DNA of 64,000 nucleotides, taken from NCBI RefSeq assembly GCF_047723915.1, contig NZ_JBDOBQ010000010.1:12720-76719 (forward strand). Direction: 5' to 3'. The notes under the pieces are model-generated. The model was not told where the DNA came from, made no database searches, and saw nothing but the letters and a program-made list of their open reading frames with translations. The stretch comes from Acetobacter sp. GTDB lineage: Bacteria > Pseudomonadota > Alphaproteobacteria > Acetobacterales > Acetobacteraceae. A program made the position numbers and the translations under genes. Below, piece by piece: positions 9,448-18,300 of this stretch. Every line of letters starts with the position of its first letter. Within the stretch, counting starts at the first letter, position 1.

Positions 9448-10209
9448 ATGTCTGACACCACGCACACAGCCGCCCGCGCGCATACAAGCCTTGTCACCGG
9501 GGCCACAAGCGGCATAGGTGCGGCCATTGTGGCCGCATTGTCAGCGGCGGGGTATAAGGTTTTTGCAACCGGCCGCAACCCCGACGCCCTGGCCCGGCTT
9601 GCAGCCCTGCCCGGTGTCACCGCCATACAGGCCGACGTGCGCGATACCGACACGCTGTGCAGCCTGCTGGGCGATGCGCGGATCGACAGCGTGATCAACA
9701 ATGCCGGGCAACTGACGACAACCGGCCCGTTTGTCGGCACCGATCCCAGCCAGATCGACACCATGATCGACATCAACCTCAAGGCCCCCATCCGCCTGAC
9801 ACACAAACTGCTGCCAGCCATGATCGAACGGCGCGCGGGGCATCTGGTCTTTGTGGGCTCCATTGCCGGGCATGCGGCTTTTCCGGGGTCCTGCGTATAT
9901 GGCGCGTCCAAGTCGGGTATCGGGGTGTTCTGCGACGCTTTGCGCTGCGAACTGCTGGGCAGCGGCGTGCGCGTGACCGAACTGGTGCCCGGCCGGGTGG
10001 AAACGTCGCTCTACCGCGACACGCATGGCCCCGACGGCGCCAAGCGCGCCCTGTATGACGGCTACCGTTCCGTGCAGCCGCACGACGTGGCGGGGCTGGT
10101 CCGCACGGTCCTGGAACTGCCCGACTATGTCGATATCTCCCGCATGGAAATCATGCCGACAGACCAGGCGGCGGGTGGGGGTTCCATGGTCAAGTTCGCG
10201 GCGGTATAA
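9448..10209 (+). CDS. Short-chain dehydrogenase/reductase (SDR)
   Basis: Contains TGATSGIGAAIV cofactor motif, NNAG and YGASK. Start set to ATG 9448, which has GGAGG 8 nt upstream; the track ORF starts at 9286. Confidence 0.85.
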   Translation: MSDTTHTAARAHTSLVTGATSGIGAAIVAALSAAGYKVFATGRNPDALARLAALPGVTAIQADVRDTDTLCSLLGDARIDSVINNAGQLTTTGPFVGTDPSQIDTMIDINLKAPIRLTHKLLPAMIERRAGHLVFVGSIAGHAAFPGSCVYGASKSGIGVFCDALRCELLGSGVRVTELVPGRVETSLYRDTHGPDGAKRALYDGYRSVQPHDVAGLVRTVLELPDYVDISRMEIMPTDQAAGGGSMVKFAAV

Positions 10210-10218
10210 CGCGCCACC

Positions 10219-11655
10219 ATGGTCCAGACCTCCCCCACAGCCCCGCCAGACATGCCTGCCGCCAACCGCGGCGGAGCCACCCAGCACGCTCCCGCCCCGG
10301 ACACGGACGTTCGGGGGCAGGTCCGCTACAGTGCTGTGGTGCCGCTGTTCATGGCGGTGCTGCTTTCGGTGCTGGACTATGCCGTGGCCAATATCGCCCT
10401 GCCCACCATTTCGGGCGCGCTGTCGGTGTCGCAGGCGGAATCGGTGTGGGTGGTCAACGCCTACCAGCTTGCCAACGCCATGCTGCTGCTGCCGCTGGCC
10501 GCATGGGCCGACAGGCTGGGCAGTGCGCGGCTGTGCCAGGCGGGGCTTGTCGTCATCATGCTGGGGTCGGCACTGTGCGCCACCACATCCTCCTTCGGGA
10601 TGCTGGTGTTCGCACGGATCATCCAGGGGGCGGGCGGGGCCTGCGTCATGTCCGTCAGCGCAGCCCTGGTCCGCTCGGTGTATCCACCGGCCCTGCTGGG
10701 GCGCGGGCTGGCGCTGAACGCGCTGGTGACAGCGCTGGGGTTCGCCATCAGCCCGGCTGTGGCCTCCGTCATCCTGTCCGTCGCGTCATGGCGGTGGCTG
10801 TTCCTTTTCAACCTGCCCTACGGGGTGCTGACCCTGGCGCTCGCACTGCGCTTTTTCCCCGCAACACCGGTCCATGCCAATACCATCAAACCCCTGCCGG
10901 TCGTGCTGAACCTACTGTTTTTCGGCGGGGTGCTGGTCGGGGCCGACCTGCTGGCCCACGGCAATGCCCCGCTTGCGGGCTGGGGCACCCTGCTGGGCGG
11001 CGTAGCCTGCCTGCTGGCCCTGCTGCATGTGCAAAGAGAGGCGCAAACCCCGCTCCTGCCCGTGGACCTGCTGGTAAAATGGCCTTTCGGCCTGGCGTTT
11101 ACCGTGTGTTTCATGGGGTATATGGCGGCCAATTTCTTCATGGTTTCCATTCCCTTCGCGCTGACGGGCATTTTCGGGCGCACGGCCGTGCAGAGCGGGT
11201 TCATCATCATGTTCTGGCCCGCGGGCATGGTTGCCGCCGGCCCGCTGGTGGGCCGCCTGTCCGACCGGGTGCCGGCGGCCGTGTTGTCCACCTGCGGGCT
11301 GGTCGTGGTGGGGGTGGGCTACCTGCTGCTGCGCATGACGCCGATTGACGCCGCGGACTGGAATATCATGTGGCGGCTGGGCCTTGCGGGCGTGGGCTTT
11401 GCCTTTTTCGTGGCCCCCAACAACAAGGCCATGATGGATGCAGCCCCCCTGCACCGGTCGCGCAGCGCCAGCGCCATGCTGTCTGTCGCGCGGATCATGG
11501 GCCAGTCCACGGGGGCGATTTTTGTGGCCCTTGTCATGGCGCATGTCCACCAGGGGGCCGCCCTGCTGTGCCTGGAACTGGGCGTGGCCACGGCCTGGGG
11601 GGCGGCCGCACTCAGCCTGTCACGCGCGCGCATGACATCCCGCCCCGCTTCCTGA
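10219..11655 (+). CDS. MFS transporter (DHA2-like, about 14 TMS)
   Basis: 478 aa, polytopic. LDYAVANIALPTISGAL and the WADRLG motif are typical of the EmrB/QacA subfamily. The start could be 10252. Confidence 0.8.
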   Translation: MVQTSPTAPPDMPAANRGGATQHAPAPDTDVRGQVRYSAVVPLFMAVLLSVLDYAVANIALPTISGALSVSQAESVWVVNAYQLANAMLLLPLAAWADRLGSARLCQAGLVVIMLGSALCATTSSFGMLVFARIIQGAGGACVMSVSAALVRSVYPPALLGRGLALNALVTALGFAISPAVASVILSVASWRWLFLFNLPYGVLTLALALRFFPATPVHANTIKPLPVVLNLLFFGGVLVGADLLAHGNAPLAGWGTLLGGVACLLALLHVQREAQTPLLPVDLLVKWPFGLAFTVCFMGYMAANFFMVSIPFALTGIFGRTAVQSGFIIMFWPAGMVAAGPLVGRLSDRVPAAVLSTCGLVVVGVGYLLLRMTPIDAADWNIMWRLGLAGVGFAFFVAPNNKAMMDAAPLHRSRSASAMLSVARIMGQSTGAIFVALVMAHVHQGAALLCLELGVATAWGAAALSLSRARMTSRPAS

Positions 11656-11672
11656 ATGCAAGGGTGACACGC

Positions 11673-12383
11673 ATGCACTCCCTTCCCTCCACAACGTCCC
11701 TGTCCGACACGATCGCCAGCGCGCTGATGCAACGGATCGTGAACGGCACATACGCCCATGGCGACAAGCTGCCGAGCAATGCCGAGTTATGCGAGGAATT
11801 CGGGGTCAGCCGCACGGTCGTGCGCGAGGCCCTGGCCTCGCTCAAGCTGGGGGGGCGTATTGTCTCGCGCCAGGGATCGGGGGTGTTCGTGTCGGACCGG
11901 GGGCAGAAAATGCCCGCCATGGCCTGGCCGTTACCCAATATCCGCGCCTGTCTGGAAATTCTGGAATTCCGCATCGGGGTGGAAATGCAGGCCGCGGCCC
12001 TGGCCGCCCAGCGCCGCACGCCCGACACGCTACAGGCCCTGTACCAGGCCCATGCCGCCTTCGCGGATGAAAACTGGCACGACACGGAAAAGGAAGCTCT
12101 GGCCGATTTCGGCTTTCATCTGGCCATAGCCAGGGCGGCAGGCAACCCGCGCTTTGCCGAATTCCTGCAAACCACCATTGCCGAGATATGCCGCGACCTG
12201 CACACCAAATATACCGAAAGCGCCAAGCACAGCGCGACGTATTTCGCCCAGACGGTCAGGGAACATACCGAAATCCTGGCCGCCATCTCGGACGGGGATG
12301 CGACACTGGCCCAGACCCGTATGCAACTGCACCTTGAAGACGGGCTGAACCGCTACCGCCGCCTGCTCAGCACCGCGCGCTAG
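11673..12383 (+). CDS. GntR/FadR-family transcriptional regulator (wHTH plus FCD domain)
   Basis: Contains LPSNAELCEEFGVSRTVVREALASLK HTH and a C-terminal FCD-like helical domain. Start trimmed to ATG 11673. Confidence 0.85.
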   Translation: MHSLPSTTSLSDTIASALMQRIVNGTYAHGDKLPSNAELCEEFGVSRTVVREALASLKLGGRIVSRQGSGVFVSDRGQKMPAMAWPLPNIRACLEILEFRIGVEMQAAALAAQRRTPDTLQALYQAHAAFADENWHDTEKEALADFGFHLAIARAAGNPRFAEFLQTTIAEICRDLHTKYTESAKHSATYFAQTVREHTEILAAISDGDATLAQTRMQLHLEDGLNRYRRLLSTAR

Positions 12384-12439
12384 GCTGGCCCCACGGGTCG
12401 GCGCAAGCCGGGCAGGCATGTCCACGCGGGCACACACAC

Positions 12440-12700
12440 TCAGGCGGCCACGCTTGGGCAGGCACGCTCAGCCGGGCACACTCCCTGCCCCCAGACACGG
12501 ACACGCCCCCGCTGACACGCCCATATGGGCATAGCTCCCCGGCACTCCATACGGGCACTCCCACACCGCACGTCCATTCTGGCACACCCATTCTGGCACA
12601 CCACACCGCCACTCCCGCACGGGCAGGCACGCACAGCCACGCCCGGCAACAGCACGCACGCCAGCCCGCAAGCCAGCCACACGCCACACCGGCCGGGTGG
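12440..12700. repeat. C/A-rich low-complexity tract with reiterated GGCAC(A/T)C motif; includes an exact 14-nt tandem duplication
   Basis: CCATTCTGGCACAC occurs twice in tandem (12574-12587 and 12588-12601). GGCAC recurs at roughly 13-14-nt spacing. The tract lies between convergent genes. Confidence 0.6.
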
Positions 12701-12721
12701 AGCCTGAAGGGGAAGTAGCGC

Positions 12722-13870
12722 CTAATGGTGGACCCTTACCGCCAGCAGGGCAGCGGCACTGGCCAGAACGATCGCGCCCGCCATGGTGGTCACGCCAAAC
12801 AGGCCATAGGCCGCATAAAGTGGCCCCATGCACAGCGGCCCCGCGAAAACGGCCACATAGGTTACCGCGCTGTAAATCCCCATGACCACACCGCGTGCCT
12901 CTGCCGCGTAGCGGTTGAGCGTCACGATCAGGGCATTCAGGGCCAACTGGTTCAAAAACCCCCAGACCGCACTGTTGATGAACGCCCACGACCGGACGGT
13001 GGAGGCTGGTAGCCACGCGACATAGCACAGGCTGATCAGGACAAGGGCTGTCACCATATAGGGTTTTGTGGCACGGGGTGCGAAATGGCTGAGCATCAGC
13101 CCCGCAATGCCAAACCCCAGCCCATAGGCGAACACGAACGACCCCGCCCCCTGGGCCGACAGGTGCAGCGCCACGCGCAGCCCTTCGCCAAAATAGGCGA
13201 ACGTGCCGTAAAACGCGGTCATGTATCCGAAAACCAGCAGCAGCATGAACGCAACGCCGGGAATACGCAAAGCCCCCCGCAGCGCAACCCGTTCCACCGG
13301 GCGGGACAGGCTGATCCCGCGCAGGGACAGCCACAGCGCGCAGGCAACAGCCAGCGACAGGGTGCCCGTTATCACATACACCGAGCGCCAGCCCACATGT
13401 TCGGTCACATAGGCCGCGAACGGCACCCCGAACACCAGCGACAGGGCCCAGCCGGTCAGCACCAGCCCGATGACCTTGGCCTCCTTCCCGCGGGGGGAGA
13501 CCGCCGCGGCTGTCGCGTAGGTTCCAGGCAGCAGGACGCCCACCGCCACCCCCGCCATGGCCTGCGCCAGACACAGATGCAGCCAGTGCGCGCTCAGGCT
13601 GCTGCTCAGTTCGGCAACCCCCAGCAGCACCGCCGAAAGCGACAGGACCTTCGCCGGCCCCCAACGGTCAAGCTGCGCGGACAGCGCGAGAGACGACACA
13701 GCCGTAGCCGCCCCGAACGCGGAAATCGCCCACGCCACATGCTGCGGAACGGTCCCGAGTGACGCGCTGACTTCGCGCAGGATGGGGGTCAGAACGAACG
13801 CGTTGGACCCTACGGCCACCACGGCGGCGAACAGCGCCGCAACCTGCGCCCAGCGAGCATGATGTGACAC
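12722..13870 (-). CDS. MFS transporter (12 TMS)
   Basis: Polytopic hydrophobic protein. Start placed at GTG 13870, which has GGGAGGAAG upstream; the track ORF extends to 13945. Confidence 0.75.
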   Translation of the reverse strand: MSHHARWAQVAALFAAVVAVGSNAFVLTPILREVSASLGTVPQHVAWAISAFGAATAVSSLALSAQLDRWGPAKVLSLSAVLLGVAELSSSLSAHWLHLCLAQAMAGVAVGVLLPGTYATAAAVSPRGKEAKVIGLVLTGWALSLVFGVPFAAYVTEHVGWRSVYVITGTLSLAVACALWLSLRGISLSRPVERVALRGALRIPGVAFMLLLVFGYMTAFYGTFAYFGEGLRVALHLSAQGAGSFVFAYGLGFGIAGLMLSHFAPRATKPYMVTALVLISLCYVAWLPASTVRSWAFINSAVWGFLNQLALNALIVTLNRYAAEARGVVMGIYSAVTYVAVFAGPLCMGPLYAAYGLFGVTTMAGAIVLASAAALLAVRVHH

Positions 13871-14149
13871 CGTGTAAGCTTCCTCCCGTTTGGCCCTGTG
13901 CAGGTGGCACGCACGCAAGGCACGGATCAACCGGAATCTTCGCAAACCGGAACGAATTGCCGCATTTTGCCCGCCAGCACGGCCCCGCGGCGCCAGGCCA
14001 GCATAAACACCCGCGACGCACGGACCGGCAGCGCCTTGCCGCCGACCCGCCTAAAGCGAAGCACATGGTCAACACAGCAGACCGAAAACCCGGGCAGAGA
14101 CGCTGCACCGGCCAGCCACAACGAACGGCTACAACGGCCAGTTACCCTG

Positions 14150-14400
14150 AACCGGCCCACCGATACGGCACACCCACTGGTTCACCGACTGATTCACCGA
14201 CCGGCTCACTGAGCGACATACTGAATGGCACGACTGGCCACACTAACCCGCCAGACCAACTGGCTAAGCTGACTGGTTAATCCGGCTGACACTAACCCGG
14301 CCAGCTAACCCACTTGGCTAACTCAATGAGCTAACCCGGATGACAAAGCCAAGGGGCAACCACCCGGCCAGACCGATCGGCCCGCGTGCCCCACCTGAGC
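14150..14400. repeat. Degenerate about 12-nt periodic tract in a 650-nt spacer
   Basis: cacccactggtt/caccgactgatt/caccgaccggct/cactgagcgaca/tactgaatggca/... followed by reiterated CTAAC/CTGGCTAA motifs. Confidence 0.6.
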
Positions 14401-14524
14401 GGCCGGGCCGATGGCAATACCCCGGCGTCAATAGCCCAATGCCAGCACCCCGGCGCCAGCACCCCAGCGCCAAAACCCCAGTGTCAATAGCCATTAATAG
14501 TGTATGGACCGGACCCTGACCTGC

Positions 14525-16327
14525 CTACAGGCTTTGCAGGGCGTACAGGCGCTGGTACAGCCCGCCCTCCCGCGCGACAAGGGTGTGGTGGGGGCCATCT
14601 TCGACAATATGGCCATGTTCGAAAACCAGAATACGGTCCAGTCCCACCACGGTCGCCAGCCGGTGGGCCACCACCAGCACGGTGCGCCCCTGCATGAGCC
14701 GTTCCATGGCCTCCTGCACCTGTGCCTCGGATTCCGAATCGAGACTGGCCGTGGCCTCGTCCAGCACCAGAATGGGGGCATCGGCCAGGAACGCGCGGGC
14801 AATGGCCACGCGCTGGCGTTCCCCGCCCGAGAGCTTGATACCGCGTTCGCCCACCAGTGTGGCGTAGCCTTCGGGCAGGCGTTCGATAAAGCCCGCCGCA
14901 TTGGCCTGTTCTGCCGCATGGGCGATCTGCTCTGGTGTCGCACCGGGCCGCCCATAGGCGATGTTTTCCGCCAGACTGCGGTGGAACAGCATGGGGTCCT
15001 GCGGCACAAGGGCGATCTGTGACCGCAGGGCCGACTGCGCGACAGTGGCGATATCCGTGCCATCGACCCGCACCACGCCCTCCTGCGGAGCGTAAAGGCG
15101 CTGGAGCAGCTTGGTAAAAGTGGACTTGCCCGACCCCGACGGCCCCACAAGCCCCACGCGCGAACCGGGGGCGATCACCACCGACAGGTCAGAAAAAATG
15201 GCGCGGGTCTGGCCGGGATAGCGAAAACCGACATGCTCGAAACGGATTTCACCCTGCGTGATACGCAAGGCAACCGGGCGCGCGGGATCGCTGACCGCAA
15301 CGGGGGTGCGCCACAGCAGCAGCAGTTCCTCCATTTCATTGACCGAACGCTGCACCACGGACACCTGCTGCCCGATCTCGCGCAGGTAACCCTGCACCAG
15401 AAAGGTCATGGTCAGCACATAGGCGACATCGCCCGGGCCTGCCTGCCCGCGCCACCACAGCCATACCGCCCCGCCCGCAAGCGCCAGACGCATGACCATG
15501 ACGGCGGCCCCCTGAATGTTGGCGCTGTCGGTGCCGCGCACCCACATGAGGGCGGTGGCCGTGCGCCAGCGGGTCATGATGCCTGCCAGCAGCCGTTCCT
15601 CGCGCTCTTCCGCGCCAAAGGCCTTGACCACGGCATTGCAGGTCACCGCGTCGGCCAGGGCAGCACCCATGCGGCTGTCCCCCGCGTTGGCGGCCTGCGC
15701 GGAGGGCGCGACGTAACGCAGTGTCAGCAGGCAGGACAGCAGGATGAACATGGCCGACAGCACGCCCAGCAGCGCGCCCATGGCCGGCCAGTGCCAACCC
15801 AGCACCAGCGTTGTCAGCAGCAGCAGGCAGGCTTCGGGCAGGAGCATGAGCAGCAACGTGTCATCGAGCATGTCCACCGCCCACATGCCGCGTGTCAGCC
15901 TGCGCACGGTCGACCCCGCAAAGGTGCTGGCATGCCAGTCCGTGGACAAGCGCTGCACATGGGCGAACGCCTCGGTGCCGATTTTCTGCATGACGCGGGT
16001 GGTCAGCGCCGTAATGCCCAGATAGGCGTAACGCTTGGCCAGCACGCTGCCAAAACCGCAGGCCGCCATGGCCCCCAGCATCCACGCGGCGTCGCGCACC
16101 GCGCCCCCCTGCCCCGCCGGGCCTGCGACATCCCCCACAAGGCGGCCGGCTATGACCGGCATCATGACATCGGCCACGGTGGCGACAAGCGTGCCAGCCA
16201 CCGTCACGCCCAGGAACACGGGAAAAGCCAGCCAGTGCCGCGCCACAAACCGCAGCACATCGACAAAAAGCGATGCCTGGCGCGCATCTTGGCCATTCCG
16301 GGCCGTATCGGAACCTGAATCAGACAT
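14525..16327 (-). CDS. ABC exporter, fused permease/ATPase (MsbA-like half transporter)
   Basis: Contains Walker A GPSGSGKST, signature LSGGERQR and Walker B ILVLDEATS, with an N-terminal 6-TMS domain. Start trimmed to ATG 16327 (MSDSGSD...). Confidence 0.9.
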   Translation of the reverse strand: MSDSGSDTARNGQDARQASLFVDVLRFVARHWLAFPVFLGVTVAGTLVATVADVMMPVIAGRLVGDVAGPAGQGGAVRDAAWMLGAMAACGFGSVLAKRYAYLGITALTTRVMQKIGTEAFAHVQRLSTDWHASTFAGSTVRRLTRGMWAVDMLDDTLLLMLLPEACLLLLTTLVLGWHWPAMGALLGVLSAMFILLSCLLTLRYVAPSAQAANAGDSRMGAALADAVTCNAVVKAFGAEEREERLLAGIMTRWRTATALMWVRGTDSANIQGAAVMVMRLALAGGAVWLWWRGQAGPGDVAYVLTMTFLVQGYLREIGQQVSVVQRSVNEMEELLLLWRTPVAVSDPARPVALRITQGEIRFEHVGFRYPGQTRAIFSDLSVVIAPGSRVGLVGPSGSGKSTFTKLLQRLYAPQEGVVRVDGTDIATVAQSALRSQIALVPQDPMLFHRSLAENIAYGRPGATPEQIAHAAEQANAAGFIERLPEGYATLVGERGIKLSGGERQRVAIARAFLADAPILVLDEATASLDSESEAQVQEAMERLMQGRTVLVVAHRLATVVGLDRILVFEHGHIVEDGPHHTLVAREGGLYQRLYALQSL

Positions 16328-16730
16328 GCGCAACCTGTTCTTGAAACCCTGAACCACCCGGCACCCGCCGCGCGGCACCCGTCCTGTATCGTGAAGTGCA
16401 CGGCCCACGCAAATACGCATGCGCCCCGCCTGCAAACGCAGCCATGGCCAACGAGCAGCCAACAGGCGGCGCACGGCGCACCGGGCGCGTGATACGCCCG
16501 ACCCTGCCAGAGATACGCCGGGCCGCATGCGCCTTTGCCCCATACGCCCCCCGGCCCGGACCAGCCGCCCGCATGCCCGCATGAAAAACCGCCTACCCCC
16601 TTGCAGGCGCGCAGGGCTGGGCACAGATCGCGCCACGGCCTATGCTGCGCCACCATACAACCAGCCAGACACCAGCCCGCGCAGCAAGGCCCAGCCGCCA
16701 GCACCGGGCCATGACCCGGGCGACAGATCA

Positions 16731-17978
16731 ATGACCGAACCGCGCGACCCCGCACAGCCCCCCCGCCCCACCGCCACGCGCACAGCCCGGCCCCGCAAGG
16801 CCGCGCCACGCAGGACCGTTGAGAACCCGGTGAAGCAGGCAACAACCACACCCGCGACCAAGCGCCGCACGACAACGCAACGCATGACGGACACACCCAA
16901 GGTGGCCGGGACCACCCGGCACCCAAATACGCCAGACATGGCGGATACCGCCGCGACCTCCCCGCGCGGCGCCGCCCTGGCCCGATCCACGACCAGTTCC
17001 TCGGCCCGTTCCACGGCCACCCCCCTGATGAGCAACGCCCCAGCCAGCACCCCGGCGCCGGACGCCGCACCAACAGGCGGAGCGGCCAGGCCCGCCCGGA
17101 GCAGAGCCGCCCCCCAAAAAGCCGCCAGCACCCCCACGCGCAAGGGCGGCAGTAAAACCCGGGCCAAAACCGCCACCCCGCCCAAGGCAAGCCCCGCAAA
17201 ACGCGCAAAAAAAGACCCCGAAGCCGCGATCGGCAACAGAACCACCCGGCGCGCGGCTCAGACACAGGCCGAACCTGCCCCGGCCCTGATCGCCCCGCGT
17301 GATATGACGGCTGAAGAAATCCGCAGTTTCCTGCTCGATCTGGCGCGCACCTGGCCCGACGCGAAAACGGAACTGCACTATACCGACACATTCAGCCTGC
17401 TGGTGGCGGTAGTCATGTCCGCGCAGGCGACGGATGCATCGGTCAACCGGGTCACGCCAGCGCTTTTCGCGGCCGCCCCCACCCCACAGGCCATGGCGAC
17501 CCTGGGGGAGGACAAAGTGGGCGAACTGATCCGCACCATCGGCCTGTGGCGCAGCAAGGCCAAAAACGTGGTGGAACTGTCACGCCAGCTTGTGGCCAGC
17601 TATGGCGGGCAGGTGCCCTCCACGCGGGAGGCGTTGGAAAAACTGCCCGGTGTGGGCCGCAAGACCGCGAACGTGGTGCTGAATGTCGCCTTCGACCAGC
17701 CCACGGTGCCGGTCGACACGCATGTGTTCCGCCTGGCCAACCGGTCGGGGCTGGGGCGCGGCAGAACGGTGGAAGCGGTGGAAGCCGCACTGGAACGCCG
17801 CATTCCCACCGACATGAAGCGCGATTCCCACCACTGGATGATTCTGCACGGGCGCTACGTGTGCAAGGCGCGCAAGCCCGAATGCTGGCGCTGTGCTGCC
17901 AGCGGGCCATGCCTGTTCCCCGCCAAAACCCCGGCCCCGCGCGCCAGACCGGCCAGAACGACAGCCACAACGGGCTGA
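16731..17978 (+). CDS. nth: Endonuclease III (Nth) with a long basic low-complexity N-terminal extension
   Basis: The core from 17304 on carries the HhH motif LPGVGRKTANVVL and the Fe-S cluster CKARKPECWRCAASGPC. The upstream in-frame T/P/A/R/K-rich region has high third-position GC. Possible starts are 16419, 16731 and 17304. Confidence 0.8.
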   Translation: MTEPRDPAQPPRPTATRTARPRKAAPRRTVENPVKQATTTPATKRRTTTQRMTDTPKVAGTTRHPNTPDMADTAATSPRGAALARSTTSSSARSTATPLMSNAPASTPAPDAAPTGGAARPARSRAAPQKAASTPTRKGGSKTRAKTATPPKASPAKRAKKDPEAAIGNRTTRRAAQTQAEPAPALIAPRDMTAEEIRSFLLDLARTWPDAKTELHYTDTFSLLVAVVMSAQATDASVNRVTPALFAAAPTPQAMATLGEDKVGELIRTIGLWRSKAKNVVELSRQLVASYGGQVPSTREALEKLPGVGRKTANVVLNVAFDQPTVPVDTHVFRLANRSGLGRGRTVEAVEAALERRIPTDMKRDSHHWMILHGRYVCKARKPECWRCAASGPCLFPAKTPAPRARPARTTATTG

Positions 17979-18089
17979 ACCCCGACCAGAGCACAGCCCG
18001 GACCCGGCCCTTTGGCCAGACGCAGGACGAAACGGGACGGGACAGGCCCGGCACCTACCCGCGCCGGATCGGCGGGCCCGCCGGCAAAC

Positions 18090-18290
18090 CCGTTCACCGG
18101 TCTGCTTGCAGACCTGCGCCCCCCAGTGGCAACCGACTGGCAGCCCGATAACGGCCAACTGACTGCCCACTGGCCAACCCGCCGATACCCTGCTGCCAAA
18201 CCGGCTGACACCCACCATCCGGCACCATCTGGCACCACCCCGGTCGGCACCCGCCCCGCTGCCGGGAACAGCCCGCAAACGGCCCGGAGC
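18090..18290. repeat. Degenerate short-period (10-12 nt) tract between convergent nth and hemH
   Basis: gcaaccgactgg/cagcccgataac/ggccaactgact/gcccactggcca/... and catccggcac/catctggcac. Confidence 0.55.
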
Positions 18291-18300
18291 CGTGCGGCGG

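Noticed and set aside
12468-13664. 398-aa minus-strand ORF overlapping the MFS gene in another frame
   Set aside because: It is an off-frame overlap of the MFS transporter (12722-13870), which has coherent transmembrane segments. This product is G/R/C/V-rich noise.
16204-17391. 395-aa minus-strand ORF and other overlapping ORFs (16640-17245, 16728-17378)
   Set aside because: They are antisense to the nth N-terminal extension. The products are C/W/G/R-rich and implausible, and the plus frame shows the G/C third-position bias.
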